Below, in pieces: positions 55,413 to 64,000 of a DNA stretch of 64,000 bases. Position numbers and translations under genes: made by a program. Numbering within the stretch: position 1 is the stretch's first letter; every line of letters starts with the position of its first letter. The notes below the pieces were generated by a model. That model was not told where the DNA came from. It searched no databases and saw only the letters and a list, made by a program, of their open reading frames with translations. Origin of the DNA: the human T2T-CHM13v2.0 reference genome, Homo sapiens; the NCBI RefSeq assembly GCF_009914755.1, contig NC_060939.1. One strand, written 5' to 3'.

Positions 55413-56104
55413 TTGGGGCAAATTTATTTACAGTGGAAATTATGAATGTAAAGTTCCCTTGGCATTGGAGCTGTTTGACCTTATTTCTCCAACTTGAAGC
55501 AAGTAAATGTTACTTGGGTTACTTTTAGAAATTTCCAAGCTTTTAGAATTTCCTCATTTAAATCACTGAGGCTACAAAGTATGCATTATGTATGTTTTCA
55601 TGTTTATTGACTATAACACATGGTGTCTTGACTGCCTAGAATAAATCCCTCATTGACAGGACTGTTTGTCTGGATTAGTAAATTAGGGAATCACCAAACT
55701 AACATGGATTTTATCAGGTACCATGTTGAACAAACTTTAAGGCTAGTATGAATTTCTTAGATGTCTTGGTGGTTAAAAAGTTTGTCTATAGGCATACTGT
55801 TGTGGCAGTCATGCACATATAAATCCCTCCCTTCTACCCTTCTTCCCTCATTACCTTTCTTTATTCTTATTAAGCAAAGAGGTAGAGTTGGGTAGCCTAC
55901 TCATCCTTTTTTTCATGCTGGTTTTAAGTGGCTGCCTGGCCTAGCTCAAAAAAAGTATGTTATGGGTATAAGAACCTTGATTATAAATTTATTGTTAGTG
56001 GATTTGGAAGCCATCTACACATGTAATTCTACTTGACTATATGGAAATAGAGAATGTTTCAGTAATTTCAAATCTATGGCACCAAACACACCTCTCCTCT
56101 GCTC

Positions 56105-56551
56105 ACCATTTTATTAAGGTATAATTTATAAATAGAAAATCCATCTTTTTTAGTGTATGGTTCTACAAGTTTTGACAAATGCATACAGTGATGTTACCAA
56201 CCCTATAATCAAGATATAAAACAGTGTCACATTCCAGAAAATTCCCTTATGCCACTTTAGAGTCAACCCCTCCTCCCACCTTCAGACTCTGGTAAGCAGT
56301 GATTTGTTGTTTGACCCCACAGTTTTGCCTTCTCAAGAATGTCATGTAATTGGAATCATACAGTATGCAGCCTTTTGAGTTTGGCTTCTTTCATTTAGCA
56401 TATTGCATTTGAGATTCATTCATGTTGCTAAGTATATCAGTAGATCTTTCCTTTTTATTACTCTATAGTGTTCCATTGTATGATATATCAGTGTGTCTAT
56501 CCATTCAGAAGTTGAATTCCCAGTTTATGGTAATTATAAATAAAGCAGCTA
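56105..56551 (-). mobile_element. Old L1M (MB/ME) 3' part; host of the L1PA insertion
   Basis: ttttattaaggtataattta...ttggcttctttcatttagcatattgcatttgagattcattcatgttg. Confidence 0.8.
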
Positions 56552-62866
<6,315 letters not shown>

Positions 62867-62882
62867 ATAAACAAAGCAGCTA

Positions 62883-64000
62883 TAACTATTCAAGTACAGG
62901 TTTTTGAGTGACTACATATTATGATATCAAATGGATAGATAAAATGGAGTTGAATTGCTAAGTCATATGGTAAGGTAAGGTATGTTTAACTTTATAAGAA
63001 ACTGCCAAACTGGTTTCCAAAATGGTTGCTTCCTTTTGCATTTGTACCAGCAATGTATGAGTTCCAGTTATTCTGAATCCTTACCAGTACTTGGCATTAT
63101 CAATTAGAATTCTTTTCTTTTCTTTTTCTTTTTAGTTATTCTGATAGGCATGTAATGGTATTTCATTGTGATTTTATTTGCATCTCCCTTATGACTAATG
63201 ATGCTGAGCATCTTTAATGTGCTTATTTGCTACCCATATTTTTTTTGGCTTATTGTTTAAACCTTTTTATTGACGTTTTATTTTAATTGCTTTCTTATTG
63301 CTGTTGTTTGATACTTTTATACATGCTGTATACAAGTCCTAGATCAGATATGTAATTTGCAAGTATTTTCTCCCAGTCTGTGACTTGTTTCATTCTCACC
63401 ACGTATCTTTAGAAGAATCAAAATACTTGATTTTTAATATGTTCAGTTTATCAATCTTTTTATCTTATGGATTGTGCTTTTGGTGTTGTATCTAAGAAAT
63501 CTTAGCCTAACCCAAGTTCACAAAGATCTTCTCTCTTGTTTTTTTCCCCAGAAATTTTATAGTTTTAGGTCCATATTTAGGCCTGATTAATTTTGAATTA
63601 ATTTTTATACGGGGTGTAAATGTGGATTCTGGTTTACATTTTGTGTATGAGTATCCAAACTGTCCAGCACCATTTGTCAAAAAGATTACTTTTTCTCCAT
63701 TGTATTGCCTTTGCATCATTGTTAATAATCAATTGCCCATATATTTGTAGATTCTTAATTCTGTTCCAGTGATCTATGTGTTTATCCTTCCATCAGTACT
63801 ACACTACCTTGATTACTATAGCTTTATCATATATCTTAAAATCAGGTAGTGTGAGTCTTCCAACATTATGCTCTTTTTTGTTTTTCAAAATTATTTTGTC
63901 CATTCTAGTTCCTTTGTCTTTCCATTTAAATTTTAGAACTAGCTTGCCAATTTTTACCAAATACCCTACTGGGATTTTTATTGAATGTGTGTTGAATCTA
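62883..64000 (-). mobile_element. Old L1M continuation (host element, ORF2 3' region reversed)
   Basis: gtttaactttataagaaactgccaaac...; minus-strand ORF2-like remnant 63507-63719. Confidence 0.85.

Overview
Primate (human-like) genomic DNA, intronic or intergenic, dominated by interspersed repeats: AluJ/AluS and free Alu monomers, THE1 and ERVL-type LTRs, Tigger/MER DNA transposons, MIR, L2, L3 and many L1s. I recognise no canonical protein-coding exon and cannot name the locus. The only recognisable gene-derived sequence is a full-length processed RPSA (uS2/laminin receptor) retrocopy at 39805-40832 with a still-open 292-codon frame. It lies in a nested insertion stack that splits one L2 element. 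A near-full-length L1PA6/7-like element (56552-62866) has had about 850 bp of ORF2 replaced in register by the 3' ~1.2 kb of a younger L1PA2-like element, giving a chimeric L1 with two tandem 3' ends. Unexplained non-repeat signals include a 125-nt hairpin with a perfect 28-bp outer stem (10904-11028), a YCAY-rich region with a 24-nt microexon candidate (21514-21537) and two repeat-poor, enhancer-like blocks. Repeat subfamily calls are by eye from remembered consensus sequences, and old-repeat boundaries are approximate.
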